Part shown: positions 28,632-37,053 of the stretch, piece after piece
Position numbering within the stretch: the stretch's first letter is position 1
Layout: the number at the start of each line of letters is the position of its first letter
IMG/VR virus record: IMGVR_UViG_3300021475_000018
Coordinates: 1 to 52,603 of that record
DNA from: a virus
Taxonomy: Duplodnaviria; Caudoviricetes
Length of the DNA: 52,603 bases
Reading direction: 5' to 3' (one strand)
Notes under the pieces: generated by a model
The model's input: only the letters and a program-made list of their open reading frames with translations
Told to the model about the DNA's origin: nothing
Databases searched by the model: none
Position numbers and translations under genes: made by a program

Positions 28632-29531
28632 TCAGGCGGCCTTCGCCATCGGTGGCAGCCAATCGGGCGGCGCCGGCAGTTCCTCCCCAGGAGCCAAACG
28701 CGCGTTAGCCGGCCGGCGAAAGTCAATCACGGACAGCAACGCCCGCCCCGCCTCTTCTGCCTTCGGCCTGGGGCCTACCGAGCGCGCGGCCATGTCGATA
28801 CGCGGCCAACCCAGGTCAAGCAACCGGCGGGCGTGGTCACGAAACGCAGGGTAGTTGTGCACGAGCCACACAAAGCCAAGCGTCGCGTGTTCCGTTACCA
28901 GCGCATTCGGCGGGGCCAGCGTGGCGATCATTTCCAACGCGGTCACAAGCTCGCCCGGCGGTACAGGGGTTGCTCGTTTGGCGTAGCTTGCGCTGCCGTG
29001 ACCGTACAGCGATTTCAACGCGCCGACGCAAGCAAGTTTCGGCACGGTAAATTCGTCGCGTTGGTTGTTGGCGTCCACAACGGCCAAGCCGGCGTTCTGC
29101 ACGAGCCGGTTGAGCTGCACGGCGCTTTCGTCACCAGCCGCAACTTCCGCCATGAACAACATGGTTTGCGGCACCTTCCGCATTTTGGTGTTGCGCGAAA
29201 GAAAAATCTCGATTTCGCGCTTGCGGTCATGCACGTTGTAAATATCGCACGGAACGAACAGACGCGCGGACGCTTTCGCGCCTTCCCAGCGGTGCCGCCC
29301 GTCCACGACAAACAGCGCACCGTTTGCGCGCCGTACGACCATGAGCCGGCCGAACAGTGTCAAGTCGAAAGTCTTACCGATTTCCTTTACCAGCCGTGGG
29401 TTGCGCGGCTTCATTGCTTGATACGTCGTATCGACATTCAACAGTCCAATCGGAACCTCGGTTGGTTCCGGTTTTTCTTCGATGATAACGACGGGTTTCT
29501 GTTCCCAAGGGAACATCTTCGCGGTACTCAT
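28632..29531 (-). CDS. ParB/Srx-like N-terminal domain protein (DUF6551-like)
   Basis: LNVDTTYQ...FD..LFG.L.V.RR.NG.LFVVDGRHR; AAAGGAG RBS; own TTGACA promoter near 29600. Confidence 0.75.
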   Translation of the reverse strand: MSTAKMFPWEQKPVVIIEEKPEPTEVPIGLLNVDTTYQAMKPRNPRLVKEIGKTFDLTLFGRLMVVRRANGALFVVDGRHRWEGAKASARLFVPCDIYNVHDRKREIEIFLSRNTKMRKVPQTMLFMAEVAAGDESAVQLNRLVQNAGLAVVDANNQRDEFTVPKLACVGALKSLYGHGSASYAKRATPVPPGELVTALEMIATLAPPNALVTEHATLGFVWLVHNYPAFRDHARRLLDLGWPRIDMAARSVGPRPKAEEAGRALLSVIDFRRPANARLAPGEELPAPPDWLPPMAKAA

Positions 29532-29680
29532 TTGTACGGCTCCTTTGCTAGCTGCGCCCCTACGTGAGTACAAATACGGATGACGTGTGAATATGTCAAT
29601 ACCAAGCTTGACTTGCGGCGGCAAATCACCGCATGTGCGCACAACTGCACACTTCACAGTCAGGGCGGAGGGGGCGCTAC

Positions 29681-29926
29681 ATGCAGGGGTACTGGTGGGC
29701 ACGGACACCCGAAAATGCGCTATTTGTAGTCATGGTGGTGGGTGAAAAGGGCTATGTTCCCGGGGTGGAAGGTGCTATAGATTTAGGCGACTTTTTCATG
29801 ATCGAGCCCGTCCCATGGCCGCGACCCGCAACCCAAAGCCAAAATTCGGTTCTGCCGTCACCTGGGGCGCGTGCTCTCGTTGCAACGCCCGGGTCAAATA
29901 TTCTACCCTTTGTCGCGAGAGGTTGA
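29681..29926 (+). CDS. hypothetical protein
   Basis: GGAGG RBS. Confidence 0.5.
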   Translation: MQGYWWARTPENALFVVMVVGEKGYVPGVEGAIDLGDFFMIEPVPWPRPATQSQNSVLPSPGARALVATPGSNILPFVARG

Positions 29927-30423
29927 CTGGCCTTCTGGTTTGCGGGCCCGCCAGTGGCCGGCCGGTCCGCTACTGCCTTGATCCGTGGCCCCCGGTGTAC
30001 GACTTCCAAGCCTTTCCAGATAAGTCAATCGAGCCGCCGGCCGAACCGCTGCCGCTGCGCTACAACCTGGATGCTATCTGGGGCAACGGTCCGGTGTCCG
30101 GCAATACCAGCGACTTCGCTAACGCGCCCGCCGCGGCGCCGGACGACGCTACCCGGTTGAACAACTTGCTTCGCATGGTTCCGTATTACGCGGCTGCCGG
30201 CAAGACGGCTGCGTTCACGCCCCGAACGCAGGGTATCGACGTTGAAGTCGCAAAGGTGCTTTTAATCAATCCAGCGAATTACGACGGTACCTTTCTTCCG
30301 TCTAGTTCTGTACGGACGGTGACGCCGCCAATCGAAAGTCCGTCCAGCGTCACGCAGACGGATAAAGACGTGCCTTCCGATCAACTTTGGACGCCCCCAT
30401 GGGCGGTAAACCAAGGCGTTTAA
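29815..30423 (+). CDS. Zn-finger virion-associated protein
   Basis: WGACSRC...Y..L..E.LTGLLVC....C.DP. Confidence 0.6.
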   Translation: MAATRNPKPKFGSAVTWGACSRCNARVKYSTLCRERLTGLLVCGPASGRPVRYCLDPWPPVYDFQAFPDKSIEPPAEPLPLRYNLDAIWGNGPVSGNTSDFANAPAAAPDDATRLNNLLRMVPYYAAAGKTAAFTPRTQGIDVEVAKVLLINPANYDGTFLPSSSVRTVTPPIESPSSVTQTDKDVPSDQLWTPPWAVNQGV

Positions 30424-30425
30424 AC

Positions 30426-31115
30426 ATGACCACGACTGCGCTTGCTGTCATCACCGAAGCCATGCGACTGTTTGGCATCATTGACGTGATGGAAAACCCA
30501 ACTACGCAAGACGTGGCGAACGTGGTTATTACGCTCAACAACCTATTGCGCAACGAACACGCGGACGGCGCGGCGCAGTATCTCATGAGTTTGCAAACCG
30601 TGACACTGCCGCCGGGTGTTCTCGGTAGCGTGTACAGCTTCAGCATCGGTACGGCGCAAAGCAGCTATCTTGTGCAGCAAGACGCCGTAGGTCTGAAATC
30701 GCTGTGGATGAATGACATTCAATTGACGGTCAACCGTGAGACGCGCCAAGCTCCGAAAGCCGATATTGTCCGTACGACCTACCCCGGCATCATCACGAAG
30801 TGGCATACCGAAAAACAGGTAGACGGTTCGATACTGGTCTACGCTTGGCAACCGCCGCGCGCTTCTTCGCAGGCGTTGATTGAAATCGGCGGACGCATTC
30901 CGGCTCTGACGAATAGCGCCGGTACGGATATCGTTGCGCTACCACCGGAAGGTATCCACGACGCAACGCTGTTACTGGGCTTGACGATATGCGGCTCGTA
31001 CGGGCGTCCGGTTGACAAGATTGATCCTGTGCTGGCTGCGCGTGCGAAGTCCGTTGATGACCGATGGAAGCAATGGGCGCGAGGACAGCAATGGTTGCGG
31101 CTTGTGAGAGCTTAG
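30426..31115 (+). CDS. head-to-tail adaptor (P22 gp4-like)
   Basis: TALAVITEAMRLFG...PT..D......LNNLL; position before the gp10-like gene. Confidence 0.65.
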   Translation: MTTTALAVITEAMRLFGIIDVMENPTTQDVANVVITLNNLLRNEHADGAAQYLMSLQTVTLPPGVLGSVYSFSIGTAQSSYLVQQDAVGLKSLWMNDIQLTVNRETRQAPKADIVRTTYPGIITKWHTEKQVDGSILVYAWQPPRASSQALIEIGGRIPALTNSAGTDIVALPPEGIHDATLLLGLTICGSYGRPVDKIDPVLAARAKSVDDRWKQWARGQQWLRLVRA

Positions 31116-31116
31116 G

Positions 31117-32592
31117 ATGCCAGCAATCAATGTAATGGGGTCTTTTCAAGACCCTTTAAATCTGGATCAGGGCGCCGGCAAGCTCGTGAACGTGCGCGTT
31201 GTCCCGCGCGAAATGAAGGAGGGACGCGTCGCCAAGGTGCGTTTCCTCGGTTCGCCGGGGCTTACCACCGTATGCCAGCCCACCGCGCAACCTTGTATCG
31301 CGCTCTGCCACGCGCTCGATACGATATGGAGCGGTCACGGTGACGGTTCGATATACTACGGCATTGAAACCGGAGTACCCGTGTTGGCGGGCTTCGTTGC
31401 CGTACAAGCCGGCCAGCCGGTAATTCGGTTTGCGGAAGATCGCACGGCGCTTGCCATCGCATCAAATAAGAACATTCTCAATCCGTTGCTGTTTGGTACG
31501 GGTTACGTTGGTGTGAAGACCCCCACGGCCGGCATAACCAACGCCGGCTTTGACACGTCGATTGATTTTGATCCGTCCACCGTGGCAGAGCTGGACAACA
31601 TGACGATATGGTCCGGCGCGTCAAATGTGTACGCCAATCAAGATAGTAAGATGTACAACTCGAACCCGCTCGCGCCGGGCACGGTGCAGCCGAATAGCTT
31701 CGCCACGAAAGAAGCCCGCGCCGATCGCGTGGTTGACTTGGCGATTTCCGGCCGCGTCATGTGGCCGCTGGGTTCCCGGTCACTGGAGCAATGGTACGAT
31801 AGCGGCAACGGCGCCGATTTCCCGTATCAGGCGTTCCCCAATTCACTCAATTCGGTAGGCATCGCATCGCGGCTCACGTTGGCGGTGCTCCGCGACCGTA
31901 TCATGTTCGTGGGCACCAACCGTCGTGTGTGGCTTTGCTCGGGTCAATCCGGGGCCCCGGTGTCGCCGACCTGGGTTGACAATCTGCTGCAAGAGTTGAC
32001 GCTTACGCAGTTAGGCCAACTCACGGCCTATGCCTACGCACACGCGGAAAGTGACTTCTATGTACTCACGCTCCCTGGGTCTTGGACCATTGAGCTGTCC
32101 GGCGCGACGGGTTCGTGGTCTTACCGTCAGTCACCCGGGCGGCTTGACCATGCCAGCCGATGCGCTACGGAACACGATGGGGGTTCGACTTACGTCGGTC
32201 TGGATACGGGCCACATATGTACGGCTGATATGAACAATCAGACCGAGCCCGCCGGTACGATTTCCCGAATAATTGTGACCCCATGGGTTGGCGACGAAGA
32301 ATACCGCAGCACGTATGCTACGGTTGACGCAACGTCATCCATGGGTCCGCAAGCCGGCACCTTTCAGCTCGATTGGTCGGAAACTGCTGATGTCACCGAA
32401 GGCGGCGTCGTGGTGTCGAACCGTACGTGGCGCGGAGTACGACAAATTCAGATGCCGACGCCGGGCGTGCAACGCGCGATCGGACGTGATTTTGGTACGG
32501 GCCGGCGCCGTCAATTCCGATTGCAGTACAGCGGCACGCAAGCGCCCTTCACAATTGACGAAATGTTTATCAATACGATCAAAGGGACTTAA
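31117..32592 (+). CDS. tail nozzle/packaged-DNA stabilisation protein (P22 gp10-like)
   Basis: LVN..., PGL, FATKEARAD, GSRSLEQWYDSG..DFPY, HxxxDFYVLT motifs. Confidence 0.78.
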   Translation: MPAINVMGSFQDPLNLDQGAGKLVNVRVVPREMKEGRVAKVRFLGSPGLTTVCQPTAQPCIALCHALDTIWSGHGDGSIYYGIETGVPVLAGFVAVQAGQPVIRFAEDRTALAIASNKNILNPLLFGTGYVGVKTPTAGITNAGFDTSIDFDPSTVAELDNMTIWSGASNVYANQDSKMYNSNPLAPGTVQPNSFATKEARADRVVDLAISGRVMWPLGSRSLEQWYDSGNGADFPYQAFPNSLNSVGIASRLTLAVLRDRIMFVGTNRRVWLCSGQSGAPVSPTWVDNLLQELTLTQLGQLTAYAYAHAESDFYVLTLPGSWTIELSGATGSWSYRQSPGRLDHASRCATEHDGGSTYVGLDTGHICTADMNNQTEPAGTISRIIVTPWVGDEEYRSTYATVDATSSMGPQAGTFQLDWSETADVTEGGVVVSNRTWRGVRQIQMPTPGVQRAIGRDFGTGRRRQFRLQYSGTQAPFTIDEMFINTIKGT

Positions 32593-32813
32593 GAAGCGGA
32601 CGTAAATTCGCGGGCGTAGCTACTGAGCATCGCTACCGGGCGGTTTCGCAATTCTTGGCGAATAGCCTTGGTAATCGGAGTGGTCTGTTCGTACACGGCG
32701 ATAATGGGACGCTGAAACCGGGACAGGTGCTTTACGAGTACATAGCGCCTATCGCTGTCAAGTGTCTGCATAAGATGCGCGCCGCTGGACGCTTCGTATT
32801 GGATAGTAAACAT
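32589..32813 (-). CDS. hypothetical moron gene
   Basis: Opposite strand within the tail operon; GAGG RBS; own promoter TTGACT-17-TATATT. Confidence 0.6.
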   Translation of the reverse strand: MFTIQYEASSGAHLMQTLDSDRRYVLVKHLSRFQRPIIAVYEQTTPITKAIRQELRNRPVAMLSSYAREFTSAS

Positions 32814-32870
32814 GTCAACCTCGTATGTTGATTTGTACACAAATATACGGCAACTCTGTGGATAAGTCAA

Positions 32871-33308
32871 ATGGTGAACACACCGCAAAAATTCCCGCCG
32901 CCGCCGTTCTTGGTCGGTACGGACCAAAACACGCAGATGCTTAACCGCTGGTTACTGGAAGTGCAGAATGTGCTTGCCGCTGCCGGTGGCGTAGACCCGA
33001 GCAACATTGCAGGCTTTACAGCACTCCAAACTCAAGTCGCAACCAATACGACCGACATTGCGACGTTGGAGGCTGGACAAGGCGGCCAAGCGGGAGCTAT
33101 CGCCACGCTTCAGTTTGAAGTGACTGCGTTGAACGCCGACATAGCCACTATCAACGGGCAGCTTACGACGCTAGAAAGCAATGCTGTTGTACGGAACGGT
33201 ACTGCTGCGCCAGCTAACACGCTCGGTAATAACGGAGATTGGTTCGGCGATACGACGAATAAACATATTTATATCAAAGTTGCAGGTGCGTACGTAATGA
33301 TAGTTTAA
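32871..33308 (+). CDS. tail needle-like coiled-coil protein
   Basis: Heptad repeats (V.TNTTDIATLE) following the gp10-like gene. Confidence 0.55.
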   Translation: MVNTPQKFPPPPFLVGTDQNTQMLNRWLLEVQNVLAAAGGVDPSNIAGFTALQTQVATNTTDIATLEAGQGGQAGAIATLQFEVTALNADIATINGQLTTLESNAVVRNGTAAPANTLGNNGDWFGDTTNKHIYIKVAGAYVMIV

Positions 33309-33721
33309 ACGAACAGCATTAAAGCGTTAACTGCGCCCTGAAACTCCGCAAGCGTCCGTACGATAAGGTACACGTTATCGGCGGCTTCCCAGGCACGTTG
33401 AAATTGCGCTTGGCCTTTTCGCTGTTTGCCGTCCGGACGTTTCAGCTCGATTGCAACAGAGCGATCCGGCAGGAACGCTAGATAGTCGGCCACGCCATCG
33501 CGCACGCCCAGCCGCTTGAAATGCATAATGGCGCCGATGCCGCCCATGCGTTCGTTAGGGACGTGGAAAATCAGGAGCCGGCGCCAGATGCCCGACTTTT
33601 CGAGCCACTGCTGGGCATTCATGTGCAGGCATTCCTCGCCGAAGTCTTCCGGATTGCCGGGCGTCTTTGGCGGGGTTTTGCGGGCCTTCTTAGCGCGCTT
33701 TCTCGGGGGGTGCGAGGCCAA
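33305..33721 (-). CDS. VRR-NUC domain nuclease
   Basis: FHVPNE...K.LGV..GVADY......IELKRPDGK....Q. Confidence 0.8.
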   Translation of the reverse strand: MASHPPRKRAKKARKTPPKTPGNPEDFGEECLHMNAQQWLEKSGIWRRLLIFHVPNERMGGIGAIMHFKRLGVRDGVADYLAFLPDRSVAIELKRPDGKQRKGQAQFQRAWEAADNVYLIVRTLAEFQGAVNALMLFV

Positions 33722-33893
33722 GTTGTTTCAACCTTCTCTCTTCTTCTGGGAGCCACGTTTCTAGGGCTGCACGGACCGCTTTGGAGCGGTTGGTAGCGCC
33801 GCCTTCCGTATTCCGGGTCACGAAGTCAACCCGCTCCACAAGGGCGCGCGGGAGCCGCGCGGAAATCATTGGGCTTTTGCATTCGTCCGCCAT
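33690..33893 (-). CDS. ribbon-helix-helix (CopG/Arc-like) regulator
   Basis: MISARLPRALVERVD...NRSKAVRAALE. Confidence 0.75.
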   Translation of the reverse strand: MADECKSPMISARLPRALVERVDFVTRNTEGGATNRSKAVRAALETWLPEEERRLKQLGLAPPEKAR

Positions 33894-33939
33894 GGGGTAT
33901 AGTTAGACGAATTGTCATACATTTGCAAGGGCTTCTGAC

Positions 33940-34566
33940 ATGTCATCTTTCGGCGCGGGCCTGGGCTCGGTTATTGGCAGTTCCCTGGGGGCGAGTGACT
34001 TGCAGGGCGGTTTGAACGACGTAGGCAACGACACGGCGAATTTTGGCGCCATCGTGCAGCCGTACAATTCGTTCGGACAATCGATGCTCCCCGGCGCCAC
34101 CAATTCGATCAACAACATTAACAACGTCGCCAGCACGGGGCCGGAAGGGTACGAACAGTTCCTTCAGGGCTACCAGATGACGCCGGGCGCCCAGTATCAA
34201 GAGGGCGTAGCGAACGCAACGCAGAACAATAGCGCCGCGGCGAACGGTCAATTGCTGTCCGGCTCGAATGAGCGGGCGCTGTCAACGATCGATCAGGGCA
34301 TCGCGAACACAGATGCCAACAGTTCGTACAATGAGTACCTGCAAGGCAACAATCAACAGTTCGGCCAACTCGAAAGCGCCCTGGGCAACATGTTCAACGC
34401 GATCGGCGTCGGCACCACCGCCACTGGACAGAACGCCAGCGTGACGAATGCTGATATCGGCGCAACTTCGCAGATCGCACAAGCTCAGGCAAAGAACGAC
34501 CAATCGAAGGGCTCCGGTATTGGTTCGATGTTTAGCGGGCTCGGCAGCTTCGCAGCGTCGTTCTAA
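33940..34566 (+). CDS. DNA ejection/pilot protein (P22 gp7-like)
   Basis: G/S/N/Q-rich; QPY...G, TPG.QY, NSAAANG.LLSG motifs. Confidence 0.7.
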   Translation: MSSFGAGLGSVIGSSLGASDLQGGLNDVGNDTANFGAIVQPYNSFGQSMLPGATNSINNINNVASTGPEGYEQFLQGYQMTPGAQYQEGVANATQNNSAAANGQLLSGSNERALSTIDQGIANTDANSSYNEYLQGNNQQFGQLESALGNMFNAIGVGTTATGQNASVTNADIGATSQIAQAQAKNDQSKGSGIGSMFSGLGSFAASF

Positions 34567-34730
34567 CGGGGAAGGCACAGCCAAGGCGTAGGTTTCCAGT
34601 TGCGAGATTTCCATTGGAAACGGATTTCGCGGTACGCCAGAACTGTGAGCGTAGCGGCGCCGATTAAAGCAAGTACGTAAGTCATGTGGGTTGCTCTGTT
34701 GTGATGTTAGCGCGAACGTTGCGAAGGCGG

Positions 34731-34985
34731 CTACTTAGCCAATCGATCTAAACCTTGCGCTGTGATTTTGTACATCCAGACGGCTCTACATCCCGGATTG
34801 TAACCTTTGCGTTCCGCCAACTTGGCCCTTACCAGTTTGGCCAATGTCGCGCTGTGATGCGACCCGTTCGTGCCGCCGCAGTCTAGAGGCTTTGCCCACC
34901 CATCGCGAAAACCGATCTGCATATGGTTGCGGTTAGCAGCCTCAAGCTCGCGAAGGGTTTCGATGTCTCGGTCGGATAGCCTCAC
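34731..34985 (-). CDS. winged-helix-like protein
   Basis: LAKLVRAKLAERK....YKITAQG. Confidence 0.55.
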   Translation of the reverse strand: MRLSDRDIETLRELEAANRNHMQIGFRDGWAKPLDCGGTNGSHHSATLAKLVRAKLAERKGYNPGCRAVWMYKITAQGLDRLAK

Positions 34986-35115
34986 GGCGCTTCCTTTGAC
35001 TGCTGATTAAAGATAGCTGCCCGGCTTTCTTCCCGCGCGCCGGGCAGCGCGGCTCGTAATCCAATCTCCTGAGGTCGCATACAGGCTGTTGCCAGCTAAA
35101 AGATCAGACCGAAGC

Positions 35116-35319
35116 TCATGCCACGCTATTAGTAAGGTTCACCAGTACGTCAGGATGCGACAGGAACCAATCGTCATCGAAAATACCGACTGAGATATTG
35201 CCGCGGGGCGTAGGATTGTCGAAATGTATATGCAGACCGTCCTCTTCGATGGCGTAAACTCTTCCCTCTTCATTGCGGATAAGGTGCTTAACGCGGTCTC
35301 CGAATTTGAACTTGTCCAT
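35116..35319 (-). CDS. small SH3-like hypothetical protein
   Basis: FKFGDRVKH....G.V......IHFD. Confidence 0.55.
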   Translation of the reverse strand: MDKFKFGDRVKHLIRNEEGRVYAIEEDGLHIHFDNPTPRGNISVGIFDDDWFLSHPDVLVNLTNSVA

Positions 35320-35338
35320 TTCTCAAACCTTTCGTTTT

Positions 35339-35851
35339 CTACCTAATAATGCTGTATACGTACGCGTCTTGCGGTTCCGTACTCACATTAGGAAAATGCG
35401 CATACCGTCGCAACCGGCCTTCGCATTTCGCGCCCATGCGCTCCAATACACGTTGTACGGGTACGTTGTCAACGTGGCAATAAGCCCAGGTCCGCCAAAT
35501 ATGCGGGTGCGACATAATCCACTGTACGAATGGCTTGGAAAACTCCCGGCCGGCGCCGCGGGCCTTCCAGTCGCGTCGAAACATGATCGTTACCGCGGCT
35601 TGGTGACCTTGCACTTCCAAACCGACGATGCCCAGGATATCCGGTGGGCTGTCTTCTTGGCACACGGCTTGCCACCGTGCCTTGCTCTGCTGATAGAGCT
35701 GGATTAGCGCCGTGGCGTCGTCCACCGACTTATGTACGGGGAAGCCCATGTAGCGCATCACGTTGTGGTCGCCGGTCAAGGCAAACACCCCCGGGCCTTC
35801 CCAGGGGTGAATGTCGCGGATGATGAAACGACTATTTCCGACTTTGGCCAT
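35339..35851 (-). CDS. GNAT (RimJ/RimL-like) N-acetyltransferase
   Basis: VMRYMG, W..RG.GRE, CHVDN...QRVLERMG...EG.LRR. Confidence 0.82.
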   Translation of the reverse strand: MAKVGNSRFIIRDIHPWEGPGVFALTGDHNVMRYMGFPVHKSVDDATALIQLYQQSKARWQAVCQEDSPPDILGIVGLEVQGHQAAVTIMFRRDWKARGAGREFSKPFVQWIMSHPHIWRTWAYCHVDNVPVQRVLERMGAKCEGRLRRYAHFPNVSTEPQDAYVYSIIR

Positions 35852-35852
35852 T

Positions 35853-36086
35853 CTATCCCTGTCCGTACGAACCCAGGGAGACGCCGGTTTTGCGGGTCAA
35901 ATGATAAGCGTAGGCCAGCGGCAACGGGTCATACTCGCTGAAGGCCCCGGCGTATTCGAAGCCGCGGAAACCGGAACCGGGCTTGGCGACGCTATAAATG
36001 TGCAGACCACGCGCAAAGTCAGTGCGGTACGTAGCGTGATGAAACTCGCGAGCGGCAAAGAGGGTCTTAAGTTGATCTATGGTCAT
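35853..36086 (-). CDS. hypothetical protein
   Basis: Preceded by start cassette copy 2. Confidence 0.65.
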   Translation of the reverse strand: MTIDQLKTLFAAREFHHATYRTDFARGLHIYSVAKPGSGFRGFEYAGAFSEYDPLPLAYAYHLTRKTGVSLGSYGQG

Positions 36087-36088
36087 AT

Positions 36089-36143
36089 TCGCTCTCCAGC
36101 GGTTAGGATGCCACAACTATGCACATTTGTACGGGCGCGTCAA
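36089..36143 (-). promoter_or_regulatory. promoter plus CCGCTGGAGAGCGA cassette (copy 2)
   Basis: TTGACG 36138-36143; motif 36089-36102. Confidence 0.75.
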
Positions 36144-36342
36144 GCACTATTTTGACCCCTCTGAAACAAAATCTATGGGTTTTTGGCGGAGCGCGTCGAA
36201 TGTTGTTCGACCGAAGCCAACGCCCCGAACCGCATTCGCACACGCAAAACCACGAAATAGCGCCGTGTATCGTGGCTTTTTCTGCTCGGTATGCGATGGT
36301 GACCAAGCCGAACTTCTTCCCGGGTTCTATAAAATCGTTCAT
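36103..36342 (-). CDS. small Cys protein resembling the N-terminal domain of phage HNH/AP2 endonucleases
   Basis: GKKFGLVTI...WFCVCECG; no nuclease domain follows. Confidence 0.5.
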   Translation of the reverse strand: MNDFIEPGKKFGLVTIAYRAEKATIHGAISWFCVCECGSGRWLRSNNIRRAPPKTHRFCFRGVKIVLDAPVQMCIVVAS

Positions 36343-37019
36343 TTGGGTGCCAACATAAAGAGCTTTTCATTAGTGATATGATCGCGCAATTTCGTACGGA
36401 TGGCAGTCTTACTTTCTATTTTCGCTAACACGTATTGCGAAGGCCCTGTAAATTCACTGACAAAAACCAACACGCCGCGTTTTGCCTGCCATTCACACCA
36501 ATTCCAAAATAACTTGTGATCGAAGGCCGGCAGTCCTCCGTACGTCGTGGTGCCCATGTACGGAGGGTCGCAATATAGCGTGTCGCCGGGCTGAGGGTCA
36601 ACCCAGAAATAATCACGGTGTTGGAAATGGACGCTACGGGTAGCATTGATTTTTCTAAGCAACGCGTTCTTGCCCTGTCTTGCATAACTCGGGTTTTTCG
36701 CGTTGTCTTTGGCGTAACCCGCGTACCACTTTCCGGAGTAGGAACAGCAAAACCCGACGAACGCTTCTAACGGAGTGCCGCTCCCACGAACTTTAAAATA
36801 GGTTTCCTCGGTTACTATTTCCGGCGGTTCCCAGCCAGCGCGTACGGCAGCAATTAAGCGTGTCAATGGTTCGAAACTATCACTAGCAACGTACGGCTGT
36901 AAAGCAACCGTAGCGCTTAAGCCGCCGTGAAATGGTTCGAATAACCGACCTTGCTTACGCGGTAGGATGTGCGCTGCCAACCATTTTGCCAGCTTATGCT
37001 TACCACCAAGATACTGCAT
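36339..37019 (-). CDS. Dam-like N6-adenine DNA methyltransferase
   Basis: YLGGK..LA, EPFHGG, YCDPPY, FDH, FVSE. Confidence 0.88.
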   Translation of the reverse strand: MQYLGGKHKLAKWLAAHILPRKQGRLFEPFHGGLSATVALQPYVASDSFEPLTRLIAAVRAGWEPPEIVTEETYFKVRGSGTPLEAFVGFCCSYSGKWYAGYAKDNAKNPSYARQGKNALLRKINATRSVHFQHRDYFWVDPQPGDTLYCDPPYMGTTTYGGLPAFDHKLFWNWCEWQAKRGVLVFVSEFTGPSQYVLAKIESKTAIRTKLRDHITNEKLFMLAPK

Positions 37020-37053
37020 CAGTACGGATTAGCCGGCGACCAACGAACTATCA

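Noticed and set aside
35790-35810. HPWE in GNAT, NPWQ in helicase, DPWG in fibre paralogs as tag copies
   Set aside because: They do not fit the consensus and probably lie in folded domains; excluded from the count.
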